This document shows positions 12,739 to 25,128 of a stretch of DNA of 64,000 bases, in pieces; within the stretch, counting starts at the first letter, position 1; each line of letters opens with the position of its first letter. The translations under genes and the position numbers were made by a program. The notes beneath the pieces are model-generated. The model searched no databases. It was not told the origin of the DNA and saw nothing but the letters and a program-made list of their open reading frames with translations. This stretch comes from Squalus acanthias (lineage: Eukaryota), in NCBI GenBank assembly GCA_030390025.1, contig CM059432.1, positions 104,596,001 through 104,660,000 of the forward strand, given 5' to 3'.

Positions 12739-13440
12739 GGGGCAAAAATTGGGTCGCACCCCCTTTGGGGCGCTAACTTCGCTGAGGCGCTACTTTTAGC
12801 TCCCCGAAAAAGTTAGCGCCCCCGTGCCCGAAATTCGATAGTAGTGCCCCAAGCAGGAGGCGGGGCGCTACTGGAAGCGCTCCCCCTCCTTGGGGCGCTC
12901 CGGCCCAATATTGCGACGCTATGTGCCGCCGCGCCACGGTACTGCAGGCCTCCCTCCCCTTATTAAAGGGGAGGGGCCATGCGCGGTGCGAATCGGGGCC
13001 CAGCTGGGCCACCAGGAAGCGGGATGCCGGCAAAAGAGTCCAGCACTCGAGGAGTACCGGGCTGCCCGATCGCAGCCGGCACCCCCGCGGGGGGACGGCA
13101 GAGTGGGGCAGGTACTGGCAGGTGGCCAGCAAAAAAAATGGCCGCCCGGCACCACCCCTTTAAATATTGCCGCCCCGACCGCACGTACGCCTCCCGATCC
13201 TGACGAACCAGGCGTCCAGCGGTATGTCGGGGCGCAACCGAAGTTTGCGAGCGAGGCGCTGCGCACAGCGATGACGTCATCGCCGGAGGCGCAGTGCTGC
13301 GGGGCGCTACCGGCTACCACCGCCGCTAACCTCCCACTGAATTTCGCGGGAGGCGTTAGCGGCGCCCTGCCCGGGCGCTAGTTGCTTTGCACCCCGTTAG
13401 GGCGCTAACGGGAGGCGCAAAGCAACCGAAATTTGCCCCC
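12739..13440. mobile_element. GC-rich non-autonomous Harbinger element (702 bp)
   Basis: TIR GGGGCAAAAATT / AAATTTGCCCCC, TSD TTT; right end GGCGCTAACGGGAGGCGCAA is shared with the autonomous element at 33778-37979; sister copy at 54825-55563. Confidence 0.8.
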
Positions 13441-13650
13441 TTTAGCTCATAATATTAAAAAAAATGATTTTTAATCAAATAACTGTGCAGAAACAGAAAA
13501 CTGACCACGTATTACAATTCCTATGATGAGACAGAAATGCAAACTCAAATCATAATATTCAATGTATATAAATATCCCATTTTATATCTATTCATTACTG
13601 CTTCCTATTGAAACCTAAAAGCAAAACTCATCTAATTTTATCTTTTCCAG

Positions 13651-13837
13651 AATGGGATTGGCACTTCATCAGGGTGGTCATGGTCACAACCATAGTGCAA
13701 CTTACATCGAACATTCAGCAGAATTTGTCCACAGCCATCAGCCAAATGCCAGCATTCGAGCCGCTTTCATCCATGTTGTGGGAGATTTCTTACAAAGCCT
13801 TAGTGTGCTAATCAGCGCCCTTATAATTTTCTTTAAG
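13651..13837 (+). CDS. SLC30A8: ZnT8 coding exon (His-rich loop and TM5 HVVGD)
   Basis: tcttttccag| ... |gtcagt, 187 bp. [62 protein letters not shown]. Confidence 0.93.
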
Positions 13838-14229
13838 GTCAGTTATATTATAATTTGTCGATAGTTCTGGGTCAACAAAACTTCTGAGTTCCATTTCATT
13901 TTGTTATTTTATTACACCAAGTAGATGGACAAATCATGCATGCAGCCCTGGTACACCTGGACTGAGGCTGCATGCTAAACTCTCAGAAAACAGCTCTTTC
14001 TAAGCTACACATTCACACCCATACTGGAGGAGGGAACACTTTATTTCTGCCACTTAAAACTGGAACTGTTGTTGCATGACTATTTGAAAAGGTGAGTTCG
14101 CAACGCAAGTTTACAACACAAATTATCAACCAGATCCATTTTCATTGACTCACACACAATCTCCATTATAGAGTGGAAACTTGGCTGTCATTCTGTGCAA
14201 TTTTCTAAATCCCAGCATCTCAACACTAT

Positions 14230-15688
14230 GGCCTAGAAATTCGAACCTTTAGCGCCAGCTGGTTTTGAAGAACAAATGGCAGTCGCCTCGTTTCCGCCCA
14301 CTTCCGGTGCGGAACGTGACGACCGCCATATTGGGCATGTGGACAGCGCTGCCGTTGCCTGCGCTCACCGCAAGTATTTTAATTACCAGGAGCGTGAGAT
14401 CAATCGGTGTGCAACGCCGAATTGACGCATGGTCAGTGATTTTTGGATGTCGCCACTCCTCTTACCGCCCTCTCCAAAGCATGCCCGTGCATGTAGCTGT
14501 TGACGGTGCATAGAGCTGGGAGAAGGTGACGGTGAGCTATAAACCGTACAGTAAACAGCTGCTGAGATAATTGGTAACTATGAAGAGCTCAGACTATGTA
14601 ATTGGAGTGAAAACTGCTTCCAATGAGATGCATCAAATCTCCCCCCTGGTCAGTCAAACATTACAGGTGGTAAATACTTTTAGAATAAACTATACTGTAC
14701 TACAGTTGTAAGAATCTCAGGAAAAAATCAAAGCTGCATTTCCTTAAACTAAAAAACCCAATTTATAACATTTAGGAACTGATAAAATAATATGTAAAGT
14801 TTCAAAGTCTGTTTTTAAAAGGCTAAGAATTAAGGAAAATTTAACACCATATTCTCACCAAGAGTTCTTCAGAAGTCTGTTGTTAAAAATTTAATTGAAC
14901 TCTCCTGCACGATTTACACCATTAAACTCGTGACCAAGAGGTTCATGTTTCCCTTTTCTAAATTTTATTTCAATTCACATTTACCGTGCTACTTTTAAAT
15001 AAGTTAAACCCAAATAATTGACTTCAATTGTCTTTCAGTTTATTGCAAAAACTCTTTAATATGATCCAGATCAAGCTGGCTTTTTTTTTAACTTTTCATC
15101 AAGATCCAGCTTACATCAAGAAAATGTTGATGAACCTGCTAAACAAAGAAATATTAAGATTTATAGAGGGTTTTTTTGTTGTTTTTATTGAAAATATATA
15201 CATAGGTGCCTATACAATCACAATCCTAAAATAAGCTTGGAAGAACAGTGTGGAATTTCCACAGTAAATCTCTTGTGATCATTGTCTTATTTTAACAAAT
15301 TTAGCAAGTGGCCAGTACTCACTGGTATCTCTTGCATCCTTGCCACTTCAGCAACATCTCTCTTCCATATAATGGCGCTACTTCCTTTATATTGCACTCA
15401 GTCCATTCAATTTTCTGCGCTCGGCTTATTTTTTGGGCATAATCTCAGGATTTAAGGACATCTATGCTGGGCTTTCACTGTTAATAAGGTGACTGCCCGA
15501 GAATGCTGCACCGATCCTTTAGACGAGACCTTCAGCCTCCTGCTGATGTTACCGCCGGAAAGAGTGCGCTGCAAGGGAGCTTTTGCACTCCGCTCATTTA
15601 AATACTGCTTGCGCTCTTTTTGCGGGCGGCCATTAACCTTGGCCTGTGGTGGCATCGCTTGTTTTCGGGCTTAATTGAATTTCAGGCC
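14230..15688. mobile_element. Non-autonomous Harbinger-type element (about 1.46 kb)
   Basis: TIR GGCCTAGAAATTC / GAATTTCAGGCC, TSD TAT on both sides, CpG-rich ends and AT-rich core. Confidence 0.65.
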
Positions 15689-16656
15689 TATCTCTCTCCT
15701 TGCTGCAAAAGATGATACATAACAGTAGGCATCAGGTCCAGACAGGAGAGGTCACCCTAATTTTAGATTCAGCAGTCAATTTGAATAAGCGATGTTCAAC
15801 TTCTTGGAGCCTGAGAACATAGCGGGAATAGGCCAGGATGAAGCTGGAAGTCTCTCAAAGCTCAGTGCTAACATCATCCTTTTCTTGTTCTCTTCTACTC
15901 ACTCACCCACTGACTCATTGCAGCAAAGCACCATGACTCACATTATTCGCTGTGTGAGTTCTGTTTGAGCAGATGTTTCTCATCCACCATTCTAATATAT
16001 GTTCCCCAACAGTTTTTATAGGCATTTCCAGTGAACAAGGCATAGGTCCCAGTGGCACCTAGCACTTGTCATGCACTCCACCAGTGCTTCCAACCAGAGC
16101 ATTTAGATAGTGATGTACAGAGCACGTGAGCAGGAGCAGATATTCGGAGGGCCAGCTCACCACCTTCCTCAGCTGCAGAGTCCTGGGATCTGGACCTCAT
16201 GGGGTCTGCATTTAAAAGAAGGATGCTATCTGAGCTCAAATTATTACAGCATCCTGCACGATCTGGTAAATATGCAGGGGTCCTGTTACCCACATCTGTG
16301 CAGTTGTGAATGACTGTTTAACAGAACTACAGCTCCCCATGGAGCACGTGGCAACTCCAGGGTTATCTGCACTAGATCCCCTAGTAACAAGAGAATCTCA
16401 AACTAGTTAACACATCAAGTTTTTTTCTCGCATTGTAACAGATATGTGGAATAGCAAAAATAGTTAGGCTATGTGGTAATTTTTTCAAAAAAGTTCTAGG
16501 TAAATAATCTAGTTAGGAAATTTGTCATGATGCATAAAGATTGAGTTGATCAAATGGAGCATGGTAATTTCTGTGCTTCTGGGACCATGGAAGTATCACC
16601 TATAGAAAGCAATTGGCTTTCATTGATATACATGCCAAATGTATATCAATGAACAG

Positions 16657-16935
16657 ATGGACGTAAAAGATCCCATGGCACTATTTCGAAGAAGAGTAGG
16701 AGAGTTATCCCCAGTGTCCTGGCCAATATTTATCCCTCAACCAACATAACAAAAACAGATTATCTGGTCATTATCACATTGCTGTTTGTGGGACCTTGCT
16801 GTGCGCAAATTGGCTGTCGCGTTTCCCACATTACAACAGTGACTCCACTTTAAAAGTACTTCATTGGCTGTAAAGCGCTTTGGGACGTCCAGTGGTCGTG
16901 AAAGGCGCTATATAAATGCAAGTCTTTTTCTTTCT
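16657..16935 (+). mobile_element. 5'-truncated Deu-type SINE
   Basis: Close match to the 3' portion of 10606-11031. Confidence 0.8.
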
Positions 16936-17782
16936 ATGTATGTTAAAAATCTCAACAATAATTTCATTCCTCCGTTCCAGTTCTGTGCAATATTCAAAGA
17001 GTGTACTATAGGGATAATTTTCCTGAGTATGTGCCAATGTTGGTTGCTCACAATTTTCTAATATACACTGGCGGCCAAGATTCTCCACCACCAGCATGTA
17101 TTCAGAAAATCGCCCTCTATAATCCTGTGTGCCTGTCTAAGTTTCTGGTAGCTTATTGGTTATGCAGCTATCTGTTTGAACTCTAATGGATATTTGTCTG
17201 TCCAAATTCTCTGATGAACCAGCGTCTCCAGGTTCCCTGATAATGCTTTCCTCGTTGGTTTTGGGGAAGCTCTGCCTTGTCTACCCTATGTGTACAGATT
17301 CAGGCTTGGATAATCTCAACTTTTGTTTGTGGGACAAATGAATCACTTTATCTAACTGCAATCTGTTGAAGCCTCCATTACAGGAAGCTAATAACCATAT
17401 GGTCATTAGTAATGAGGTGATCTAGCACCCAGCACATTGTGTCATGGTGGTACAAAGCATATTCATACTTGTGATTTTTTTACCAGGCAGGTTTGCAATC
17501 TGAGCCATGCAATTGGAGAGAGGTTGTAAACATAGATTGAACACTTCTCCACAAGAAGAGACAAAGCAAGAAGTAAAAAAACACACTCTGGGCCCTTGAG
17601 CACCTTAGTGAGCAACACTGGCAGAGGTCTTAACTTGGGTGCATAGGTCATGGAGACCTAGAGAGAGAGAAAGGAAATACAAGCGTAAAATTTAAAATGG
17701 AGTAAGCAGTGACTAATAACATGCTTCACAGCAACATCTGATAAACATTTTGAATTGGCATTATTATTCTTGTCTCTTCCAG

Positions 17783-17888
17783 CCTGAATACAAAGTAGCT
17801 GATCCTATCTGCACATTTATTTTCTCTGTGTTTGTGTTGGGAACAACTATCACTGTTCTGCGGGATATTTTGTTGGTGCTGATGGAAG
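17783..17888 (+). CDS. SLC30A8: ZnT8 coding exon (TM6)
   Basis: tgtctcttccag| ... |gtaatt, 106 bp. [35 protein letters not shown](G). Confidence 0.93.
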
Positions 17889-18002
17889 GTAATTCTTATC
17901 TCTACTATTCTCATTTTAGTTCTAGTGACATAAGAACATGTTCTGATCAGAGACAGTTTGAGGTGTCATCAAGTATGTAACTATTGGCTTCATGATGCCC
18001 TC

Positions 18003-18378
18003 AATTTATTGAAACATATAAGATTCTGAGGGGGATTGACAGGGTGGATGCTGAGAGGATGTTTCCCCGAGTGGGGGTATCCAGAACTAGGGGGCATAGT
18101 TTCAGAATAAGGGGTTGCCCATTTAAGACGGAGATGAGGAGGAATTTCTTCTCTGAGGGTCGTGAATCTTTAGAATTCTCTACCCCAGAGAGCTGTGGAG
18201 GCGGAGTCATTGAATATATTCAAGGTGGAGATTGACAGACATTTGAACTACAAGGGAGTCAAGGGGTATGGGGAGAGAGCGGGAAAGTGGTGTTGAAGCC
18301 AAGATTGGATCAGCCATGATATTGAATGGCAGAGCAGGCTCGAGGGGCCGATTGGTCTACTCCTGCTCCTGTTTCTCA
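18003..18378 (+). mobile_element. CR1 LINE 3' end
   Basis: RTRGHSFRIRG...RRNFFS and the same 3' UTR as the copy ending at 2580. Confidence 0.85.
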
Positions 18379-19470
18379 TAGTCATAGAGTTATACAGCAC
18401 AGAAAGGGGCCCATCGTGTCCACGCCGGCCATCAAGCCCTGTCTATTTTAATCCCATTTTCCAGCACTTGGTCCGTAGCCTTGTATGCTATGGCGTTTCA
18501 AGTGCTCATCTAAATGCTTCTTGAATGTTGTGAGGGTTCCTGCCTCTACCACCCTTTCAGGCAGTGAGTTCCAGATTCCAACCACCCTCTGGGTGAAAAA
18601 GTTTTTCCTCAAATCCCCTCTAAACCTCCTGCCCCTTACCTTGAAACTATGCCCCCTGGTTATTGACCCCTCTACTAAGGGGAAAAGTTCCTTTCTATCT
18701 ACCCTATCTATGCCCCTCATAATTTTGTACACCTCAATCAGGTCCCCCCTCAGCCTTCTCTGCTCTAAGGAAAACAACCCCAGCCTGTCCAGTCTCTCTT
18801 CATAGCTGAAGCGTTGCAGCCCAGGTAACATCCTGGTGAATCTCCTCTGCACCCTCTCCAATGCAATCACATCCTTCCTATAGTGTGGCGACCAGAACTG
18901 CACACAGTATTCCAGCTGTGGCCTAACTAGCGTTTTATACAGCTCCATCATAACCTCCCTGCTCTTATATTCTATGCCTCGGCTAATGAAGACAAGTATC
19001 CCATATGCCTTTTTAACCACCTTATCTACCTGTCCTGCTGCCTTCAGGGATCTATGTACATGCACACCAAGGTCCCTCTGATCCTCTGTCCTTCCTAGGG
19101 TCCTACCATTCATTGTTTATTCCCTTGCCTTGTTAGTACTCCCAAAATGCATCACCACACACTTTTCAGGGTTAAATTCCATTTGCCACTGTTCTGCCCA
19201 TCTGACCAACTCGTCTATATCGTCCTGTAGCCTGAGGCTTCCCTCCTCGCTATTTACCACTCCACCAATTTTCGTGTCATCTGCGAACTTACTGATCATA
19301 CCTCCTACATTCATATCTAAATCATTAATGTACACTACAAACAGCAAGGGACCCAGCACCGATCCCTGCGGTACACCACTGGACACAGGCTTCCAGTCAC
19401 AAAAACAACCTTCGACCATCACCCTCTGCCCTGACACTAAGCCAATTTTGGATCCAATGTGCCAAATTTA
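18379..19470 (-). mobile_element. CR1 LINE 3' RT fragment (second subfamily), tail-to-tail with the previous copy
   Basis: SGVPQGSVLGPLLFVVYINDL, KFADDTKIGG, ...GYGPSAGKWD*. Confidence 0.9.
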
Positions 19471-19699
19471 ATGTTGTGTCGATTAACACCTTTATAAAGG
19501 GGCAGGACAATTACCCGATCAGTAATTGGAATTCAGAGAAGGACAAGTACAGATAGAAGTAATCAAATGCCATGTGTAACATGATGTGGGATAACTTTGA
19601 ACTTCAGCGGGGACAGAAAACTGATGGTATCAGATCGGGTGCCCATTACACACCCTGCACGATTTTCCTTCCCCTGACTTCAATGCAAAGGAAAACTGG

Positions 19700-20128
19700 A
19701 TGGGATGTATAACCGGCAGCGGATCTGTTACTGACAATTGGGCAATGCTTATAACAGGTAGCCAATCCGTTACTGACAATTTGGCGGGGCTTATAACAGG
19801 CAGCCAATCTGTTACTGACAATTGGGCAGGGCTTATAACCGGCAGCCAATCCGTTACTGACAATTGGGCAGGGCTTATAACAGGCAGCCAATCTGTTACT
19901 GACAATTGGGCAGGGCTTATAACAGGCAGCCAATCCGTTACTGACAATTGGGCGGGGCTTATAACAGGCAGCCAATCCGTTACTGACAATTGGGCAGGGC
20001 TTATAACAGGCAGCCAATCCGTTACTGACAATTGGGCAGGGCTTATAACCGGCAGCCAATCTGTTACTGACAATTGGGCGGGGCTTATAACCGGCAGCGG
20101 ATCCTTTACTGACAATTGAGCAGGGCTT
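19700..20128. repeat. 42-bp minisatellite, about 10 copies, in an SLC30A8 intron
   Basis: Unit TTACTGACAATTGGGCAGGGCTTATAACAGGCAGCCAATCCG recurring at 19728, 19770, 19812 ... about 20107. Confidence 0.95.
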
Positions 20129-20212
20129 GTACCTTCACTTCAACTCCCACACTGCCCGGTTTAAGATAATTTTACTAATTCTGAATCAGTAACATTTTTT
20201 AAAAGGAAGCGT

Positions 20213-20688
20213 AAAAGAAAGAAAGACTTGCATTTATATAGCACCTTGCACAAGCATCGGACGTCCCAAAGTGTTTTACAGCTAATGAAGTACTTTTTGA
20301 AATGTAGTCACTGTTGTAATGTAGGAAATGCGGCAGCCAATTTGCGCACAGCAAGCTCCCACAAACAGCAATGTGATAATGACCAGATGATCTGTTTTTG
20401 TTATGTTGGTTGAGGGATAAATATTGGCCAGGACACCGGGGATAACTCCTCTGCTCTTCTTTGAAATAGTACCATGGGATCTTTTACATCCACCTGAGAG
20501 AGCGGACGGGGCCTCGGTTTAACGTCTCATTTGAAAGACGGCACCTCCAACAGTGCAGCACTCCCTCAGTACTGCACTGGAGTGTCAGCCTAGATTTTTG
20601 TGCTCAAGTCTCTGGAATGGGACTGGAACCCACAACCTTCTGACTCAGAGGCGAGGGTGCTACCCACTGAGCCACTGGCTGACACTGG
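20213..20688 (-). mobile_element. Full-length Deu-type SINE
   Basis: Minus strand: A-box TGGCTCAGTGGG, B-box GGTTCCAGTCC, central core, L2-like tail ending in (CTTT)n. Confidence 0.85.
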
Positions 20689-21148
20689 TATAAATAGACA
20701 AATTAATTACTCACAAATACAGTGCATTTAAGCACCAGCATGCAGCAATGTGGAGCTGTACATTCGTCCCCAGAATACTACACAAGGATCACAAAGATAA
20801 GTACAGATGAGAGAAGCCATTCAGCCTATCTAACTCATTCTGCCATAGAAAACTACAGCCTCTTCCATCACATTTAACTGTCTCATGAATGACTCCAGAA
20901 TTTTTTGTGAAATTTAAAGCTTAGCACCCCACTCTGCTGCCCTGATGGCTGGGCCTGGATGCAATTCTGGTCCCAGATATGGCCGTGTCAGCAATATCTC
21001 CCCCCCTCCCCCCAGCTGCACTCGCTCAATCTTTCTCAATTGAAAGAGGTGGTACATGAGGCAATTTCTTTGTGAAGTTGGTTATGTTTTATCTAGCTAG
21101 CTCAGGGAATTTGCTTTTGGACTTGGTGCCCATCAGTAGTTAGCACAG

Positions 21149-21340
21149 AAATAAAAACAGAAAATGCTGGAAATGCTCAGCAGGTCAGGCAGCACCTGTG
21201 GAGAGAGAAACAGAGTTAACGTTTCAGGCCGGTAACCTTTTGTCAGAACTGGAAGACGTTAGAGCTGTAACAGGTTTTAAGCAAGTACAGAGGCGAGAAA
21301 AGAACAAAAGGGAAGGTCTGTTATAGGGTGGAAGGCACAG
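21149..21340 (-). mobile_element. Penelope-like pseudo-LTR fragment with a mutated hammerhead core (CUGACAA)
   Basis: Matches 8138-8340; the conserved core G8 is replaced by A. Confidence 0.8.
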
Positions 21341-21759
21341 ACTGGACTCGCAGTTGAGATAGTGGATAATGATGGAGGGTCAGTAAGTTTGAGAGAGAGT
21401 ACAAATGAGAAAACAAAGAACATACTATTATTGCTTGGTAAATTTCAGTATTTTTTCTCATAATCGAATCATAATCAAATCACACACCCCAAACCATCTG
21501 AAGCTATGTGAACGGGTCAAGGATTCTTTCTTGTGAACATTATACTAGCAACAAGAGGCAGCAAATGGCTGTGAGAATATGTATGGCGTTAAGCATTTTT
21601 GTTGTCTGAGACGGGTCCACCTCTTACAAAACCCCACGAAAATGCCTAGAAAATGTATCTGTGTGTATATAATTATGTGTATGTATATATAAATATAATG
21701 TAAAATATGACATATAACGAATAGTATTTAATTTCTCTGTTGTTTCTGTTCTCATCGAG

Positions 21760-21894
21760 GTGCACCAGTTGGACTGAATTACAATGATGTGAAGGAAAAG
21801 ATACTGGCAGTTAATGGAGTGAAAACAGTGCATAGCCTTCATCTCTGGGCTCTTACCATGAACCAGGTCATTCTTTCAGCTCATGTTGCCACAG
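21760..21894 (+). CDS. SLC30A8: ZnT8 coding exon (C-terminal cytosolic domain)
   Basis: 135 bp, rare GAG| acceptor, |gtcagt donor. [59 protein letters not shown] matches ZnT8 as recalled rather than ZnT2/ZnT3. Confidence 0.9.
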
Positions 21895-22399
21895 GTCAGT
21901 AAAGAAACATTTTAAATGCAATTTCTTGGCTTCATTTAGTCAGCAGTACCTGCTTTTATATTAATTATACCTGTTTATCCAAGTTAGTAGCAAATATGGG
22001 CTCTGAATTTCCTCGATGTCAGTTATGGCTTTTTTGTGCCACAAAGTTACACCGTTCACCAACATAGGGAGTTACACAAGTTTCCTGGGGTAAGTTAGAT
22101 TAAATATTTTTGCTGCAGCTCTGATGTAACTTGAGTGTAGAAACTGTAAGTTGCTGACAACTCCCCCCTTTCCCCCAGGAAACCTCCATTGTACAAGGGT
22201 GTAACTCTTTACAGACACTCTACAGACACCCGGCAGCAGCTCAACACTGTCCAACAGCAAGGTAAACAGCCAACAAGTGGTTTTGATGGCAATTTCCAGC
22301 AAATCACTTGATGTCCTCTCTCACCCACAGCATCAGTCCAGATTGGCACCATCATGCCCACTTAGGTGATAGCTGTGCCCACTGGGCATCACGCCAGGG

Positions 22400-24520
22400 C
22401 AGCAGGCAGAAGCAGCACAACTCTGGACTCTGAAGACGACCTCCAAGCCCTCTTCCAATATGTACAAGACAGGAGCCGCACACTCATGTCTTTTCCATTC
22501 ATCAAGCCTGCAGGGAGTTGGAACTGGCACTGACTCCCAATTCCCTCAAACCCAGGACTGATCAACAGTGCAGAAAGAAGAGAAAACACTTCGAGAGCTG
22601 GCAAGGGTAGGATGTCAGCACATTCCCCTAGTCTGCCCTGAGCACCACCACACTCTTCACCCTCTTAAAGCAACACTCACAATACTAATCCATCACACTG
22701 TACTCTGGCTAAAGGCACCTGTTACTCCCCTAACAAACACCAAGGGGGAGAAATTCAGTATCGCCCCATTTGGGGCGCAATTATCGGCTGGGCGCTAAGA
22801 TTAGCGCCTGGCGCTAATTATCGTCTCCGACTGCAAACTTGACTTTTATCGCCCCTGGAGGTGATTGGAGCGCTAAATCAGGCACTTCACACCTGTCTTA
22901 AGGCGCAAAGGCCGAGGAGCGAGGCGCTACCTCAGAGCGCTGGCGAAGCTCATGTGATGTCAGTCAGCAATGGAACACACACACAATGGCGCCAGCCAGT
23001 TCTTAAAGGGGAGGGTTGATCTTGCTTTCCATCCACATCCTGCTCATTGCAGCCTTGAATCTCGGCCTGGAGAGACCTGTACATCAAATCTGCTAGAAAG
23101 AACAATGGAGAGAACCAGGGAAAGAGCTCAGAGTGCAGCCCCCACAGTCTCTTCTAAATCGATACAGGGAAGGGCAAATCAAAATGAACCTGCAAAGTGC
23201 TGCTCAGTACCCAAAACTCCTTCACACAGCGTTGAATCTCTCCAGAAGTTTCTCTCTCTCTCTGTCTCTCTCAGAATGCGTGGTTCAAAAATGTCACCAA
23301 CAATAAAAGGCAGGAAGCGGTCGCCTTTAAATAGCACTCCCCCAGTCCCTTCCTGACTGCAAAACGCTCCCCTCAACCTGTCGTTGCTAGCGGCAGGCGG
23401 TAAGGCAGGGAGCGCCACTCAATATCCGCTCCGGGGTGTTGCGCACTCGACTGACGTCACGATCTGCCGGCGCAGGAGATCGTGGTGGTAGTGTTTAGCG
23501 CTGCCGCAAAATGTCTAGTTAATTTCGCGAGCGGCGCAAACATCACCGCGCCCGGGCGCTAGTTGCTTTGCGCCCATTAGCGCCCTCTTAAGGCGCTAAC
23601 GGGAGGCGCAACCAACTGAATTTTTCCCCCCAAATGCCTTGCATAACCCCAACACACTTTCCTCCACTTTAACATCCTTACACCCCACATTTTTCACTTC
23701 ACTTCTCTAATCCTATGTAATCACAATTGTCACACAAGCCTTAACTTGACAGCCTTATCCTCACAAACATAACCTTCCATCGCCTCAGCTTCCAATAAAA
23801 CTGTTTGCTTTGAAGTACACTGGGCACTTGCCTCATGATGTTATTTATGGACATTACAGTAAGTCAGTAAATTCAGTAGGTTCAGACATCTTCATACAGG
23901 TGAGCATTCCTGGCAAGATCCTAATGGCCAAAGATCTGTTTTGGTGTCATCTGGTAGGGTGCGTTAAAGAAGGGATGGCTGAGGCACTGCTACTACAGTC
24001 GATCGGTTGATGAAGACGTCCTACAGGATCTGCCCTCTGATGCCCCCTGCAGCAGCAAGTGAAGTCACCCCCTGCTTTGCATCACTGACAAACTGGACGT
24101 CCTGGGAAAAGAAGCTTTTCCTATTCACATATGTCAGTGGCTGCTTGGTTTCTGCCTTCAGGGCCACGTGTATGCTATTGTGGCAGCCTGAACCCTGCGG
24201 AATCCAGCTATCCTGTAGAAGTCCCTGGCTCGGTGCCTTTGCTGCCTGGGGGTGATGCCGAAGTGGCTGAACTCAACTGCTCTATGAAAGAGGGCATCTG
24301 TCACCTGCATGATCCAGAGCCATAAAATGGCTGATGTCATATGGACAGGGCACTTGTGGCAGTGGAGCAAGTCTACAAATTTTCGTGATGAAGTTGTCAG
24401 AGATGCCCAATGGCGTCCTTGGAGAAGCACAGCTCTTGGATGCACAGCTCCTCGGAGAGGCCCTCGTAGGACCAGTGCGGCCTGTACATGTTAGGGAGGG
24501 TACTACCTGGTGGGCTGCTG
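22400..24520. pseudogene. Old degenerate Harbinger (Myb remnant on +, transposase remnant on -); boundaries approximate
   Basis: RTDQQCRK-like remnant near 22555; minus-strand IMQVTDALFHR...IAGFRRVQ at 24158-24445 aligns to the intact transposases in this window. Confidence 0.65.
22744..23630 (+). mobile_element. Non-autonomous deletion derivative of the Harbinger B family (887 bp)
   Basis: TIR GGGGGAGAAATTCAGT / ACTGAATTTTTCCCCC, TSD CAA; left ~380 bp and right ~420 bp align to the ends of 33778-37979, including the first Myb codons and the (CT)n tract. Confidence 0.88.
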
Positions 24521-24982
24521 TTCTCAGCCATGCTGCCTAATTCTCCTGGCCTCTACTAGTGCCCTCCCTTTTCCCTTCTGCTCTCCCTTAGTCCTACATC
24601 ACCTTTCCTAATCCCGTTCTGCCTAAGTAAGTCCTGAATTTTCACTGGTCCAAGTATCTTGGACTTTCTTCTTTCCACTCTGCACGAGACTTCTGGGCCT
24701 CCTCACAGCTCCTGGTCTTTCCTGCGGCCTTGTGCATGAGAATCGCATGTGCAGCTTACGCAGTATTTATTTTTCCTAAACAGTACATGAAATAAGCCTG
24801 AAATTCACAGAATTATTGGAAATGGGATATTGGAGCTGTCAATTTAAAAAAGGGTGTGATCAAGCCACTGTGCTGCATCCTGTTTTATCTGTCAGCCAGC
24901 TTGCTTTGAACCATATATTTGCAAATGCTTATTGAGTTGATAGTACCTGCTTAAAAATAAATACTTTTCCTGCTATCCACAG

Positions 24983-25128
24983 GTGACACAGTGGATCCTC
25001 AACAAGTGCTTAAGAAAATTACACAGATGATTTTTGACACCTTCAGTGTGCACTCTATCACAATTCAAGTGGAACAGCATTCGGATCAAGAACCAGAGTG
25101 TGTGTTTTGCCAGGAACCCAAAGATTAA
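24983..25128 (+). CDS. SLC30A8: ZnT8 last coding exon to TAA stop
   Basis: ctatccacag| acceptor, 146 bp. GDTVDPQQVLKKITQMIFDTFSVHSITIQVEQHSDQEPECVFCQEPKD*, ending in the CxxC motif typical of the ZnT2/3/8 group. Confidence 0.92.

Noticed and set aside
12739..13440. CpG-island promoter or GC-rich coding ORFs (also 54825-55563, 37540-38160)
   Set aside because: Bounded by TIRs and repeated in the window; the overlapping ORFs reflect high GC content.
19630..20128. CRISPR array or repeat protein (ORFs on both strands)
   Set aside because: Head-to-tail units with no unique spacers, no cas genes and an intronic eukaryotic context; the ORFs arise because the 42-bp unit is divisible by 3.
20610..20688. 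tRNA gene
   Set aside because: The A/B boxes belong to the SINE head and are fused to the SINE body in several copies.
4211..25128. SLC30A2 or SLC30A3 instead of SLC30A8
   Set aside because: [14 protein letters not shown] and the DQEPECVFC tail fit recalled ZnT8 better; synteny is not visible in the window, so slight doubt remains.
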